Assembly (NCBI GenBank): GCA_031266335.1
Contig: JAISBF010000031.1
Span: 12,507-76,506 of the forward strand
Origin: Verrucomicrobiales bacterium
GTDB lineage: Bacteria; Verrucomicrobiota; Verrucomicrobiia; Methylacidiphilales; JAAUTS01
Length of the DNA: 64,000 bases
Direction: 5' to 3'
The notes under the pieces were generated by a model. The model saw nothing but the letters and a program-made list of their open reading frames with translations. It made no database searches and was not told where the DNA came from. Positions 29,901 to 38,113 of the stretch are shown here, in pieces (within the stretch, counting starts at the first letter, position 1; every line of letters starts with the position of its first letter). A program made the translations under genes and the position numbers.

Positions 29901-30904
29901 ACCGGATGGTATTTCTTCACCATCTGCTGAATCTGCGACAGCAGCGTGTCCTGCCCCAGGTCCGAGCACCACGAGACCATCGCGCCGATGCCGAAATTCA
30001 TCGAGCCGTAATACGAACCCTGGAAATCCGGCGCGAACTGCATCAGCGTCAGCGGGTCGCGGTTGTAAATCCAGTAATGAATTTTCGAGTTCAACTCCAG
30101 GTTCAACCCGACGGTCAGGTCCTGCCGCACGGCGGAACGCAACGCCCAGTCCCAGCGCCCGTCGTTGTTCAGCCACTCGGCGGTCTCGCCGAACTGCGCG
30201 CCCGTCCACATGGTGATGCCGGCGTGGTTCTTCGCCGCAAACGCGAAATCCTGCGCCGGATCGTAGGAAGGAATCGGCCGCCGGTTTTCATCGGGCTTCA
30301 GGATGCCCGGCCCGTAATAAAAATGGAAACTGTACTTGTCGAACCGGTCAAGCCACCTCGGCACCTTCGTTTCCGCTGACGATGACCAATCGCTGACGGC
30401 GCCCAGCGTCTTGCCTAACAAATCACCAAGCGCCGCCGCTGACGCTGACGCCGCGACCACCACCGTGTCCCCGCGCCGCAACGCCGCGATCACCCCCTGC
30501 GCGCCGGCATCGCGGAGGCTGACGCTGTGCCCGCCGACGGTCAGCGTTCCCGGCTTGGTGCCCGGCGGCAGCGTGTCGAGGTCGGACAAATATTTCGCCT
30601 GCGTCAGCCTGGCCTTGTCCTCGCTCTCGCAATTGATTTGCAGCAACGTGCCACCGTCAGCGCCGCGCCAACTGGTACCGCTGACCGTGCCATACGCGCG
30701 CAATTTTTTCGCCGCGAACGTGCCGGTCACCGTCAGCGCCGCAGTGTTTATCGTCGCGGTCGGACGGTCGGCGACCGCGGTGGTTTTCACCGCAGCGCCA
30801 GCGGCGGCGGCGCGCGGTTTCGTGATACGCTGCCCGCTGACGTTCAACGTCAGCGCCAGCAGCAGGGCCAGGGTGGTTTGCCAGTGCATAGTTTTAGCTT
30901 TCAT
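26933..30904 (-). CDS. giant secreted GH42-like multidomain glycosidase, paralog P4 (most divergent)
   Basis: Same domain order. Motifs AWLEPHEEMGHG, LPMTTEPSQGP and YRVIVDTSTSFMDEATVSGIERFVKNGGVFVTYGDSG. The C-terminus ...EFHEPGTYP is more diverged at the DNA level than the other four. Confidence 0.65.
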   Translation of the reverse strand: MKAKTMHWQTTLALLLALTLNVSGQRITKPRAAAAGAAVKTTAVADRPTATINTAALTVTGTFAAKKLRAYGTVSGTSWRGADGGTLLQINCESEDKARLTQAKYLSDLDTLPPGTKPGTLTVGGHSVSLRDAGAQGVIAALRRGDTVVVAASASAAALGDLLGKTLGAVSDWSSSAETKVPRWLDRFDKYSFHFYYGPGILKPDENRRPIPSYDPAQDFAFAAKNHAGITMWTGAQFGETAEWLNNDGRWDWALRSAVRQDLTVGLNLELNSKIHYWIYNRDPLTLMQFAPDFQGSYYGSMNFGIGAMVSWCSDLGQDTLLSQIQQMVKKYHPVENITAWLEPHEEMGHGPADLLVEYGPVADANYREYLRGKYGALSAVAARWDLPLRSWDEIKAPEVAEFLGWGPDALDLRGDWRVSYADADNDTALTADFDDGQWPTISAPGHGLGRLAGTVAPKPVLWRRHFDADSGWLSAHKKVWLYVWDMNDNRAVAQKEPDPSRRIVVALNGKILAETPPLYNQDHRAVFDVTGLVKDSGNVLALRLGRGMVNYRVYLSGEEPKAYPNLGAGKNARWADFYNWTFYIRERALRRGMQMVRQVDPDRGIILMSPDSYVDVIQQAAIDYGGDFHNTGYMGGWWCDRLPAYMRAAGLPMTTEPSQGPYAPDHLSGAFGHWITEGVNAVDLFQYMGEVYWHDDIRKNFEEYVNIYTTTGRYHAATAQVAALYSGRVERLLGFPWLAARDSVNAAGEPYYRGNAFVSAFNVRASFSPMESVPDSPVYESDAVTELSFQKDQCGKYRVIVDTSTSFMDEATVSGIERFVKNGGVFVTYGDSGRHSYEEPDTWPLARLSGFRAKPGKYFFPDTASVKSERGFLPADYTLGEKPINGAHYQRVADDAQILATWKDGSAALGLRQVGQGYVVTVGPLWFANPAGGEFFRHLFRWLELTPVPAHFEHAETSGNQRALWRHYVSNSGLYDVWVVFNRSREELSGAVVLDAPLRPAWFIDLKTGERHAMSDGRIPVKLPPPFIVNVYLTPRAVSGAADEWFALQRGWWSGADGDPGKPFPQPDQKWIVDITAGWKFKVLELTQNNDPLTEVGLSVSDDDWETRALDTFTHPDHPGARRAVFRRAIQIPATWGNGVIGLRSPEFTGAARLYLDGKPLADRNAVLAVKPGETHLLAVDIQSDRDRALLGARGATWLVYHPAPAARQDLAGDWQPTGDYLNWRPAVKLPGRMEAQTVALRRTVQVDAAARGRTVVLQGLNVSGVVINGRYVRPHTKESGWLTLNITPWVRPDADNELIIIGPGHEVAELALEFHEPGTYP

Positions 30905-30905
30905 T

Positions 30906-33900
30906 TTATGGATAGGTGCCGGGTGCGTGGAATTCCAGCGCCAGCGAAGTTATTGGGTCCGGCCCGCCGCCGAGGGTGAGGATGATTTCATTGTCAGCGC
31001 CGGGCTTGACCCACGGCGTGATGTTCAGCGTCAGTTCGTCGGCCTCCTTGGTGTGCGGGCGCAGATAATGACCGTTGATGACGACGCCGGTCATGCGATT
31101 GCCGCGGATACATACCGTGCGCCCGCGCGCCGCGTCGCTGACCCTGACCACCCGGCGCAACGCCAGCGTGTTCTGCTCCGTCGTGCCGGGCACGCTGACG
31201 GTGGCGCGCCAGTGCAAGTAATCGCCGCTCGGCTGCCACTCGCCCGCCAAATCCTGTCGCGCCGCCGGGTCGGGATGGAACGACAGCCACGACGCCTCGC
31301 GCGCGCCGAGCAGCGCGCGCCCGTTGTTCTCGCCGCGCACGTCAATGGCGAACACGTGTTTGCTGCCCGGCGTCACCGGCAGCGCCATGCAGCGGTCGGC
31401 CAGCGGCTGGCCGTCCATGTAATATCGCATCCAGCCGTGACCATGCGCCAGCCGCAGGTCAATGGCGCCGCCGCGCCAGTCGTCGGGAATGCGCACTGTC
31501 TTGCGAAACACGCCGCGCCGCGCGCCCGGATGGTCGGGATTGGTGAACAGGTCGAACGCGCGCGTCTCCCAGCCGCTATCGTCAAACCCGGCGGCGATTT
31601 CCGCCGGCGGTTCGGCGTGGTCGGTATTGTCGAGCACTTTGAATTTCCAGCCCTCGGTGAGGTTAACCAGCCGCTTGGGCGCCGGCCGGGGAAACGGCCG
31701 GCCCAGGTCATCGGCAGCGCCGCCCCACCAGCCGCGTTGCAAGGCGAACCACTCGTCCGCCGCGCCGCTGACCGCGCGCGGGGTGAGCCAGATATTGACC
31801 GCCATCGGCGGCACGGTCACTGGCAGCGTGTTTTCAGTGAGCGGGTGCCGCGCCGCGGTTTGCAAATTCCAACACCACGCGGGCGGCGCCGGCACCGTCA
31901 GCGTCAGCGTCGCGTCAAGCGCTTGGTCGCGGCTGACGTTGAACACCACCCACACATCGTACAAGCCGCTGTTGCTGACAAAATGCCGCCACACCACGGC
32001 GCGCGTGTCGCCGCCGCTGACGGTGAGGCTGCCCGGCACCGGCGCGATGTGCAGCCACGCGAACAGGCGGTCGAAAAAGGCGTTGCCGCGCGGGAAATCG
32101 AAGTGCGGGCCGACGGTGATGACACAGCCCTTGCCGATTTTTCTCAGGCCGACCGCCGCGCTGCCGTCGTTCCACTTGGCGAGGACTTGCGCGTCGTCCG
32201 CGACCCGCTGATAGTGGCCGCCGCCGAGGGTGCCGAGGTCAAGGTCAGCGGGCAAAAACTCCCGCGCCGCGCCGGCGCTGACACTGACGGTGCCGTTGGT
32301 GAAATATTTGCCTGGCCGCGCGCGAAAACCGGTCAACCGCGCCAGCGGCCAGGTGTCCGGCTCCTCGTAGGAGTGCCGTCCGCTGTCGCCGTAAGTCACG
32401 AACACGCCGCCGTTTTGCACGTAGCGCTCGATGCCGCTGACGGTGGCCTCGTCCATGAACGAGGTGCTAGTGTCCACGATGACGCGGTATTTGCCGCACT
32501 GGTCTTTCTGGAACGACAGCTCGGTCACCGCGTCGCTTTCAAAATACCGCGCGCCGGCCGGCGGCAAGCCGCCGCCGAGCGGGCTGAACAGGCCGCGCGT
32601 GTTGAATTGCGAAACGTAAGCCGCGCCGCGATACAACAACTCACCGTCAGCGTTTGTCTGCTCGCGCGCGCCGGCCAGCCACGGGAAGTCAAGCAACTGC
32701 TCGACGCGCGCGGAATACAGCGCGGCGATGCTCGCGGTCGCCGCGTGATAGCGCCCGACGCTGGTATAGACATTGCGGTAGTCCTCGAAATTTTTCCGGA
32801 TGTCCGGCCACCACTGCACCTCGCCCATGTGCTGAAACAAATCCACCGCGTTCACGCCCTCGGTGAGCCAGTGCCCGACGAACAGCGGCAGGTCCATCAC
32901 CGTCTGCGGCCCGTTGCCCGGCTCGACGCTCGTCGGCAAGCCCGCCGCGCGCATGTAGGCGGCCAGCCGGTCGCACCACCAGCCGGCCATGTAGCCGGTG
33001 TTGCGGAAGTCGCCGCCGTACTCGATGGCGGACTGCTGAAGCACATCCACGTAGGCATCCGGCGCCATCAAGACAATCCCGCGGTCGGGGTCGGCCTGGC
33101 GAATCATCTGCATCCCGCGCCGCAGCACCTGCCCGCGCAGGTGAAACATCCAGTCATAAAAATCCACCCACCGCGCGTTGCCGGCCGCGCCGAGCATGGG
33201 ATACGCGCGCGGCGCCTCGCCTGACAAGTAAATACGGTAATTGACCATGCCGCGCGGCAGCCGCAGCGCCAGCACGTTGCCGTTGTCCCGCACCAGCCCG
33301 GTCACGTCGAACGCGGCGCGGTGGCTCTCGTGAAACAGCGGGATTTTTTCCTCCAGCACCTGGCCGTTCAACGCGACGGTGACGCGCTGGCTCGCGTCGT
33401 CGGGCTGCCGGCGGTTGTCGTTCAGGTCCCACACGTACAGCCAGACTTTTTTTCGCGCTGACAGCCAAATACTATCCGCGTCGAAATGCCGCCGCCACAA
33501 CACCGGTTTCGGCGCGATGGTGCCCGCCAGCCGGCCGAGGCCGTGGCCGGGCGCGACCAGGGTCGGCCACGCGCCGTCGTCAAAATTCACCGTCAGCGCC
33601 GCGTCATCGTCAGCGGCCGCGTAACTCACCCGCCACTCGCCCTTTAAATCCCGCGCGTCCGGCCCCCAGCCGAAAAACTCCGCGATTTCCGGCGCCCGCA
33701 CATCGTCCCACGAGCGTAAATTTTGCTCCCAGCGCGCTGACAGTGCCGCAACGGTCCGGTATTTCTCCCGCAAATATTGCCGGTAACTCGCATCCGCCAG
33801 CGGCCCGTGCTCGACCAGGTAATCCGCCGGCCCGTGTCCCATTTCCCCGTGCGGCTCCAGCCACGCGCTGACGTTCTCGGTGTCCTTGAACTTGCGCACG

Positions 33901-34901
33901 ATTTGCTGCAATTGCGCGAACAGCAGGTCTTGCGCGTCGTCCGCGCACCACGAGACCATCGCGCCGAGGCCGAAGTTCATCGAGCCGTAGTAGGTGCCTT
34001 GAAAATCCGGCGCGAATTGCATCAGGCTTTCCGGCCAGCGGTTGTACACCCAGAAATGCGTGCTTGACGTGAGATCCACGTTCATCCCCACTGGCAGCCC
34101 GTTTTGCACCGCCGCGCGCAGCACCCACTCCCAGCCGACCTCGTTGGTCAACCACTCCGCGCTGTGGCCGTATTGCGCGCCGGTCCAAATCGTGAGGCCG
34201 GCATGGTTGCTCGCCGCCGCGAACGCGAAATCCTCCGCCGGGTCGTAAGCCGGGTCCGGGCGGCCGTCCAGGCCAAACCGCAATTGGTCGGGCAGCGGCT
34301 TCAACCGCCCCGGCCCGTAGTAGAAATGCCAGCCGTATTTGTCAAAGCGGTCGAGCCACATCGGCACTTTCACCGCCGCTGCCGATGACCAGCCGTCGCC
34401 CACCGTCAGCGTCTTGCCTAACAAGTTGCCAAGCGCCGCCGCTGACGTTGCCGCCGCGACCACCAGCGTGTCCCCGCGCCGCAACGCCGCGAGCACGCCT
34501 TGCGCGCCGGCGTCGCGGAGGCTGACGGTCTGCCCGCCGACGGTCAGCGTGCCCGGCTTGGTGCCCGGCGGCAGCGTGTCGAGGTCGGACAAATATTTCG
34601 CCTGCGTCAGTCGCGCCTTGGCCTCGCTCTCGCAATTGATTTGCAGCAACGCGCCGCCGTCAGCGGCCCGCCAACTGACGCCGCTGACCGTGCCGTACGC
34701 GCGCAATTTTTTCGCCGCGAACGTGCCGATCACCGTCAGCGCCGCGGTGTTCACCGCCGCGCCATGATCAGCGGCGGCGTCCGGCTTTGGGGCGGCGCGC
34801 GGTTGGGGAACCCGTTGCCCGCAGGCGGTCACGCACAGCGTCAGCGCCAGTCCGCCCGCCGTCAGCGCCACCCGGGTTGCCCGCGCGCCGCGATATTTCA
34901 C
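30906..34901 (-). CDS. giant secreted GH42-like multidomain glycosidase, paralog P5
   Basis: Collinear with P1-P4. It has a lipobox-like LTLCVTACGQ. The GTG start overlaps the upstream GH172 stop (GTGA). Confidence 0.65.
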   Translation of the reverse strand: MKYRGARATRVALTAGGLALTLCVTACGQRVPQPRAAPKPDAAADHGAAVNTAALTVIGTFAAKKLRAYGTVSGVSWRAADGGALLQINCESEAKARLTQAKYLSDLDTLPPGTKPGTLTVGGQTVSLRDAGAQGVLAALRRGDTLVVAAATSAAALGNLLGKTLTVGDGWSSAAAVKVPMWLDRFDKYGWHFYYGPGRLKPLPDQLRFGLDGRPDPAYDPAEDFAFAAASNHAGLTIWTGAQYGHSAEWLTNEVGWEWVLRAAVQNGLPVGMNVDLTSSTHFWVYNRWPESLMQFAPDFQGTYYGSMNFGLGAMVSWCADDAQDLLFAQLQQIVRKFKDTENVSAWLEPHGEMGHGPADYLVEHGPLADASYRQYLREKYRTVAALSARWEQNLRSWDDVRAPEIAEFFGWGPDARDLKGEWRVSYAAADDDAALTVNFDDGAWPTLVAPGHGLGRLAGTIAPKPVLWRRHFDADSIWLSARKKVWLYVWDLNDNRRQPDDASQRVTVALNGQVLEEKIPLFHESHRAAFDVTGLVRDNGNVLALRLPRGMVNYRIYLSGEAPRAYPMLGAAGNARWVDFYDWMFHLRGQVLRRGMQMIRQADPDRGIVLMAPDAYVDVLQQSAIEYGGDFRNTGYMAGWWCDRLAAYMRAAGLPTSVEPGNGPQTVMDLPLFVGHWLTEGVNAVDLFQHMGEVQWWPDIRKNFEDYRNVYTSVGRYHAATASIAALYSARVEQLLDFPWLAGAREQTNADGELLYRGAAYVSQFNTRGLFSPLGGGLPPAGARYFESDAVTELSFQKDQCGKYRVIVDTSTSFMDEATVSGIERYVQNGGVFVTYGDSGRHSYEEPDTWPLARLTGFRARPGKYFTNGTVSVSAGAAREFLPADLDLGTLGGGHYQRVADDAQVLAKWNDGSAAVGLRKIGKGCVITVGPHFDFPRGNAFFDRLFAWLHIAPVPGSLTVSGGDTRAVVWRHFVSNSGLYDVWVVFNVSRDQALDATLTLTVPAPPAWCWNLQTAARHPLTENTLPVTVPPMAVNIWLTPRAVSGAADEWFALQRGWWGGAADDLGRPFPRPAPKRLVNLTEGWKFKVLDNTDHAEPPAEIAAGFDDSGWETRAFDLFTNPDHPGARRGVFRKTVRIPDDWRGGAIDLRLAHGHGWMRYYMDGQPLADRCMALPVTPGSKHVFAIDVRGENNGRALLGAREASWLSFHPDPAARQDLAGEWQPSGDYLHWRATVSVPGTTEQNTLALRRVVRVSDAARGRTVCIRGNRMTGVVINGHYLRPHTKEADELTLNITPWVKPGADNEIILTLGGGPDPITSLALEFHAPGTYP

Positions 34902-36943
34902 TGGGCCGGTTCCAGTTTGATATAGTCAAGGCCGAAGAAATGCTGCGAGGACTGGTCGTTCTTGCCGGTGCAGGTCACGCCCAGCACATGATCGCCCGCC
35001 GTCAGCTCGACCACGCCCAAGTCGGTCGTTTCCTCCGACATGACGCGCGGCCCGAACAAGTCCACCAGCGCGCCCTGCGGCTTGCCGTCAACGTCAACCT
35101 GGAAAATGCCGTAGTTCCCGGCCCGGGTGAATTTCGCCAGCAGCTTGAACTTGCCCGCGGCCGGCGCCTTGAAGCCCAGTTCCAGCCGCTTGCCAACCGC
35201 GGCGCCCGGCCAGAGCAATTGCCGCCAATTGCTCCAGTTATCCTGGCCCCAGGCAAACATCTCCTGCCCGTGATAAGAACCGGCGACCTCGCGGTTCAAC
35301 ACCCGCAGCGACTCGCCCTCGATGACGCCCGCGACCCGGAAAACATTCGGCTGCACCCACCAGCCGACGCGCTCGGTCACCGGCAGCGGCGCGTAGGGAT
35401 CGTCACCGGTGGCGTCCAGGTACCAAAAGGAAATCGCCGCGTAACGGGTGCCGCGCGCCTCGGGAAAATATTTCTCAATCGCGCCCTCGAAGGATTGTTG
35501 GAACGGGATGTTGTCGGCGATGTGCCAGCGGTTGACGCTGACGTGGCCGTTGTTGTGCTCGTTCACCGGCTGGCTGTGCAGCGCCTGGATGAACGTGCCG
35601 CCGGACGACCAGGCGTAGCCGAAATAATCCTCGCTGCCGGTGCCGATGGTGGACGGGAATTTTTCACCATCCACCCAGAATTTTTCATCGCCCTCGCCCC
35701 ACCAGCCGCCGAGCGGGTTCCAGACATGCAACTGCACGCCAACCAGCCGGCCGCGGCCCTTGGTCACCAGCAGCGTCCAGTCGATTTCGCGCCGTTCCGG
35801 GGCATCCGGCAAAAAGGCGTCGCGGTGCCACTTCGCGTGGAACCGGCCGAGGCGCGCCGCCGCGTCCGCCGCCAGCGGCGCGGTGGTCACTTCCCACGCC
35901 AGCGTCACCGGCAGCGGGCTGTCATTGCCGACGGCAAGTTTCGCGCCCGCGGCGAACGGCAGGTACCAGTAGCTGTAAAACTGCCCGTCCTCGCTAACGC
36001 CCGCGGGCAGCGTCCGGAACAGCGTCGCGCCCGCCGAGGAGCCGAAGAAATCGCCCAGCGGCGACCACACCGCCGGCTTGGCCGCGCCGTCCCACGCGGC
36101 GCTGACGGTGAGTTGCGCCAGCAGCGTCCGCTGCTCCTCAGGGTCGGCGGGCAGGTTGTCAATCTTCACCTTCAGCGCCGTGATCGCGCCGCTGCCGGCG
36201 AGATCCGCCACCGTCGCGCTGCCGCCGGCGGGCACGGTCAGCGTCTTGCTCTCGGTCTTGGCGCCCGCGCGCTCGCCGGCCGGGTCGGCGCCGACGGCGG
36301 CGAAAATCTTATCCGCGCGGTCCAGCGCCGCCTCGTCCGCCGCTGACAGCGGCAGCTTGAAGGTCGGCACCACCGTGCCCGGCGGGAATTTGGTGTAATT
36401 GAAGTGATAGTAATTGCCCCACTGCGGGTCGGCGACAATCTTGCACGACTTCTGGAACGGAATCGGCGTGTAATTGTTGTAGCCGTTGGCCTTGGTTTTA
36501 TAGATCAATTGCTCGCGCGTGAACGGCGCGGTCGAGCGGTCGAAATACGCCTTGAACGGCAAATCCACCGCCGGCGTCGTCGCGCCGTCGAGGTAAATCT
36601 TGACATGTCCCTCGCCGACCGTGGCCGACCAGATGCGCCAAATCACGCCCGGCCCCTCGAGTTCCGCGAACACCGCCTCCTCGCCCTCCCTGCGGATGAC
36701 CCCGCCGCCGTCGCCGTTGGCGCCCCAGGCGACATACTTGCCGGTCGCCTCGTCGTATTTGCTGGCGCGGTCGTAACTCGACGCCAGCGCGCCCGTCTCA
36801 CCGTCAGCGGGCAGCGTCGCCAGCCGCTCCAAATCGGTGAGCTGCCCCACCAAATCGGGATAAGTATATGTCGTCGCCGACCAGGATTCCGTTGCCCACG
36901 CCAGCCCGCCGGCCAGCACCAACCATTGCGCTATTTTTTTCAT
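34898..36943 (-). CDS. GH172 (DUF2961) family glycoside hydrolase, paralog c; first gene of the minus-strand run
   Basis: Motifs SSYDRASKYD, ELEGPGVIWRIW, WWGEGDEKFWVDGE, GTGSEDYFGYAW and ...DYIKLEPAQ. The start was trimmed to the ATG at 36943 (MKKIAQWLVLAGGLAWA signal peptide) from the track's TTG at 36970. Confidence 0.75.
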   Translation of the reverse strand: MKKIAQWLVLAGGLAWATESWSATTYTYPDLVGQLTDLERLATLPADGETGALASSYDRASKYDEATGKYVAWGANGDGGGVIRREGEEAVFAELEGPGVIWRIWSATVGEGHVKIYLDGATTPAVDLPFKAYFDRSTAPFTREQLIYKTKANGYNNYTPIPFQKSCKIVADPQWGNYYHFNYTKFPPGTVVPTFKLPLSAADEAALDRADKIFAAVGADPAGERAGAKTESKTLTVPAGGSATVADLAGSGAITALKVKIDNLPADPEEQRTLLAQLTVSAAWDGAAKPAVWSPLGDFFGSSAGATLFRTLPAGVSEDGQFYSYWYLPFAAGAKLAVGNDSPLPVTLAWEVTTAPLAADAAARLGRFHAKWHRDAFLPDAPERREIDWTLLVTKGRGRLVGVQLHVWNPLGGWWGEGDEKFWVDGEKFPSTIGTGSEDYFGYAWSSGGTFIQALHSQPVNEHNNGHVSVNRWHIADNIPFQQSFEGAIEKYFPEARGTRYAAISFWYLDATGDDPYAPLPVTERVGWWVQPNVFRVAGVIEGESLRVLNREVAGSYHGQEMFAWGQDNWSNWRQLLWPGAAVGKRLELGFKAPAAGKFKLLAKFTRAGNYGIFQVDVDGKPQGALVDLFGPRVMSEETTDLGVVELTAGDHVLGVTCTGKNDQSSQHFFGLDYIKLEPAQ

Positions 36944-37064
36944 AATTTTTCGTTTCCAATCAATTTGCAAATTCCCCGGTCATCGGACAATTTGTCTGGC
37001 GGATTGTTTCACAAGCCCCGTCGCAAAACGATCCAAATGCAACCACCAAACATTAACATAATAA

Positions 37065-37093
37065 CCCTATAAATGTCCCATATGTCATGTCAA
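37065..37093 (-). promoter_or_regulatory. putative promoter with a TTGACATGA box for the 28.5-kb minus-strand gene run
   Basis: On the minus strand, TTGACA lies at 37093-37088, followed by TGA, a 16-17 nt spacer and TATAGG at about 37071-37066. This is roughly 115 nt upstream of the ATG at 36943. Confidence 0.35.
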
Positions 37094-37218
37094 TGGCAAT
37101 TTTGCTGGCGATGATGATTTTTAGGCGAATAAATTTTATGGAGCGCTGCCGGTCAGCATCAGCGTTTATATTCCCCTCCCCCGTCATCCCAAGCAGGGGT
37201 CTTAGCCCCTAATAAAAC

Positions 37219-37991
37219 CTAGGTCGTGTTAACACTACGCAAGCAAATCACAATTAAAGCGAGCGAGACATAGGCGGCGAACATGCGGTCGAGTTTGTCG
37301 TAGCGCGTGAAGATGCGCCGAAAACTTTTCAGCCTGCGGAACAGGCGTTCAACCTCATTGCGTCGCCGGTAGCGTCGTTTGTTGAGCCGCCAGGGGCGGC
37401 GGCGGCGCGGGTGGGGCGGCACGACCGGCTTAAAGCCCAGTTGGCGCACCAGCGCACGGGTGGCATCCCCCTCGTAAGCACAGTCCATCGCCATGGCGCA
37501 GTGGCGTCCGGGGCTGGTCAGCCCCTGGAGCAAGACCCGCCCCTCCGGGCCGTCCCCGGCCTGCCCGCCGGACAACCGGAACCTCAGCGCGCACCGGTCA
37601 GTTGCGGCAACCAAATGCAGTTTGGTGGTCCACCCGCCGCGACTCTTGCCGATGGCTGGCGGCCCGTTTTTTTCCGCGCGCCAGCGCCGTCGGGAGGCAC
37701 TTTTACCGTGGTGCTGTCCAGGGACAGCACGGTCAGCCGCACCGCGATAATCTGTGCCTGTTGCAAGTGCGCAAAGACCCGTGCCAGCACGCCCGCCTTG
37801 CTCCAGCGGTTCATCCGCGTGTACAGCGTATGCCAGTTGCCGTATTCCCTGGGCAGCCGCCGCCACTTGCAGCCGTTCTCCAGCACATATAAAATGGCGT
37901 TGAGAAAGTTCAGTTGCCGGATGCTGACATTGCCGCGCTCCACCGGCAGACTGCTTTTGATTCGCGCGAATTGTTCGGGGGTGATGGACAT
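37219..37991 (-). CDS. IS5-family DDE transposase, orfA-orfB joined by a -1 frameshift on an A7 run
   Basis: orfA is MSITPEQFARIKSSLPVERGNVSIRQLNFLNAILYVLENGCKWRRLP.... orfB is ...GKSRGGWTTKLHLVAATD...DCAYEGDATR...RRNEVERLFRRLKSFRRIFTRYDKL. The frames differ by -1 at minus-strand CGG AAA AAA ACG (T7 on the plus strand, 37667-37673). Confidence 0.8.
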
Positions 37992-38056
37992 GGCTGGTTT
38001 TGTAGCCCACGCCCAGGCACTTGTCAATTAATGTTAACACGACCTAAGGCACCAAG
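37220..38056 (-). mobile_element. IS5-family insertion sequence (IS427-like organisation), copy 1
   Basis: Perfect 15-bp terminal inverted repeats: taggtcgtgttaaca at 37220-37234 and tgttaacacgaccta at 38042-38056. This can also be read as a 13-bp IR GGTCGTGTTAACA flanked by a TA/TA duplication. It encodes a two-frame DDE transposase. Confidence 0.85.
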
Positions 38057-38113
38057 ACACGAAGGATTTTTTTAGGGGCTAAAGTAGCTAAGGACCAAAA
38101 AAAAGGTCTAACA

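Noticed and set aside
12692-34901. A diversity-generating retroelement or cassette-switching system as an explanation for variable blocks among the five paralogs.
   Set aside because: There is no reverse transcriptase, template repeat, invertase or recombinase gene in the window. The variation is spread over whole domains rather than being adenine-specific.
5831-36346. Very long ORFs antisense to, or out of frame with, the glycosidase genes. Examples are 6674-8329 (-), 7693-9798 (+), 10594-12765 (+), 13640-16165 (+), 17278-19011 (+), 21281-23011 (+), 26816-28900 (+), 30336-33224 (+) and 34787-36346 (+).
   Set aside because: Their translations are Arg/Ala/Pro/Gly/His-rich low-complexity strings with no motifs. 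They lie wholly inside strongly supported CDSs on the other strand. Long stop-free antisense frames are expected at about 68% GC with GC3-rich codons.
5753-37000. The high-GC block as a recently acquired genomic island bounded by repeats and IS elements.
   Set aside because: The block carries the same hyper-abundant word and the same TTGACATGA promoter box as the flanking DNA. No integrase, tRNA target or direct-repeat att sites are visible. The compositional step is reported as an observation only.
37411-38031. A 206-aa plus-strand ORF inside IS5 copy 1, along with other alternative-frame ORFs: 55552-56217 (-), 42069-43154 (-), 50145-51260 (-), 45661-46434 (-), 59159-59704 (-) and 59436-60176 (+).
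   Set aside because: Each overlaps a CDS that has clear family motifs (transposase, SGNH hydrolase, MFS, CBM9 region, rplS/trmD). None has recognisable features of its own.
37202-38092. An 11-bp perfect inverted match, ttagcccctaa (37202-37212) versus ttaggggctaa (38082-38092), flanking IS5 copy 1. I considered it a second IS1016 end or a pre-insertion hairpin target.
   Set aside because: The match is too short and only partly resembles the 14-bp IS1016-like terminal repeat. The idea cannot be supported without other copies.
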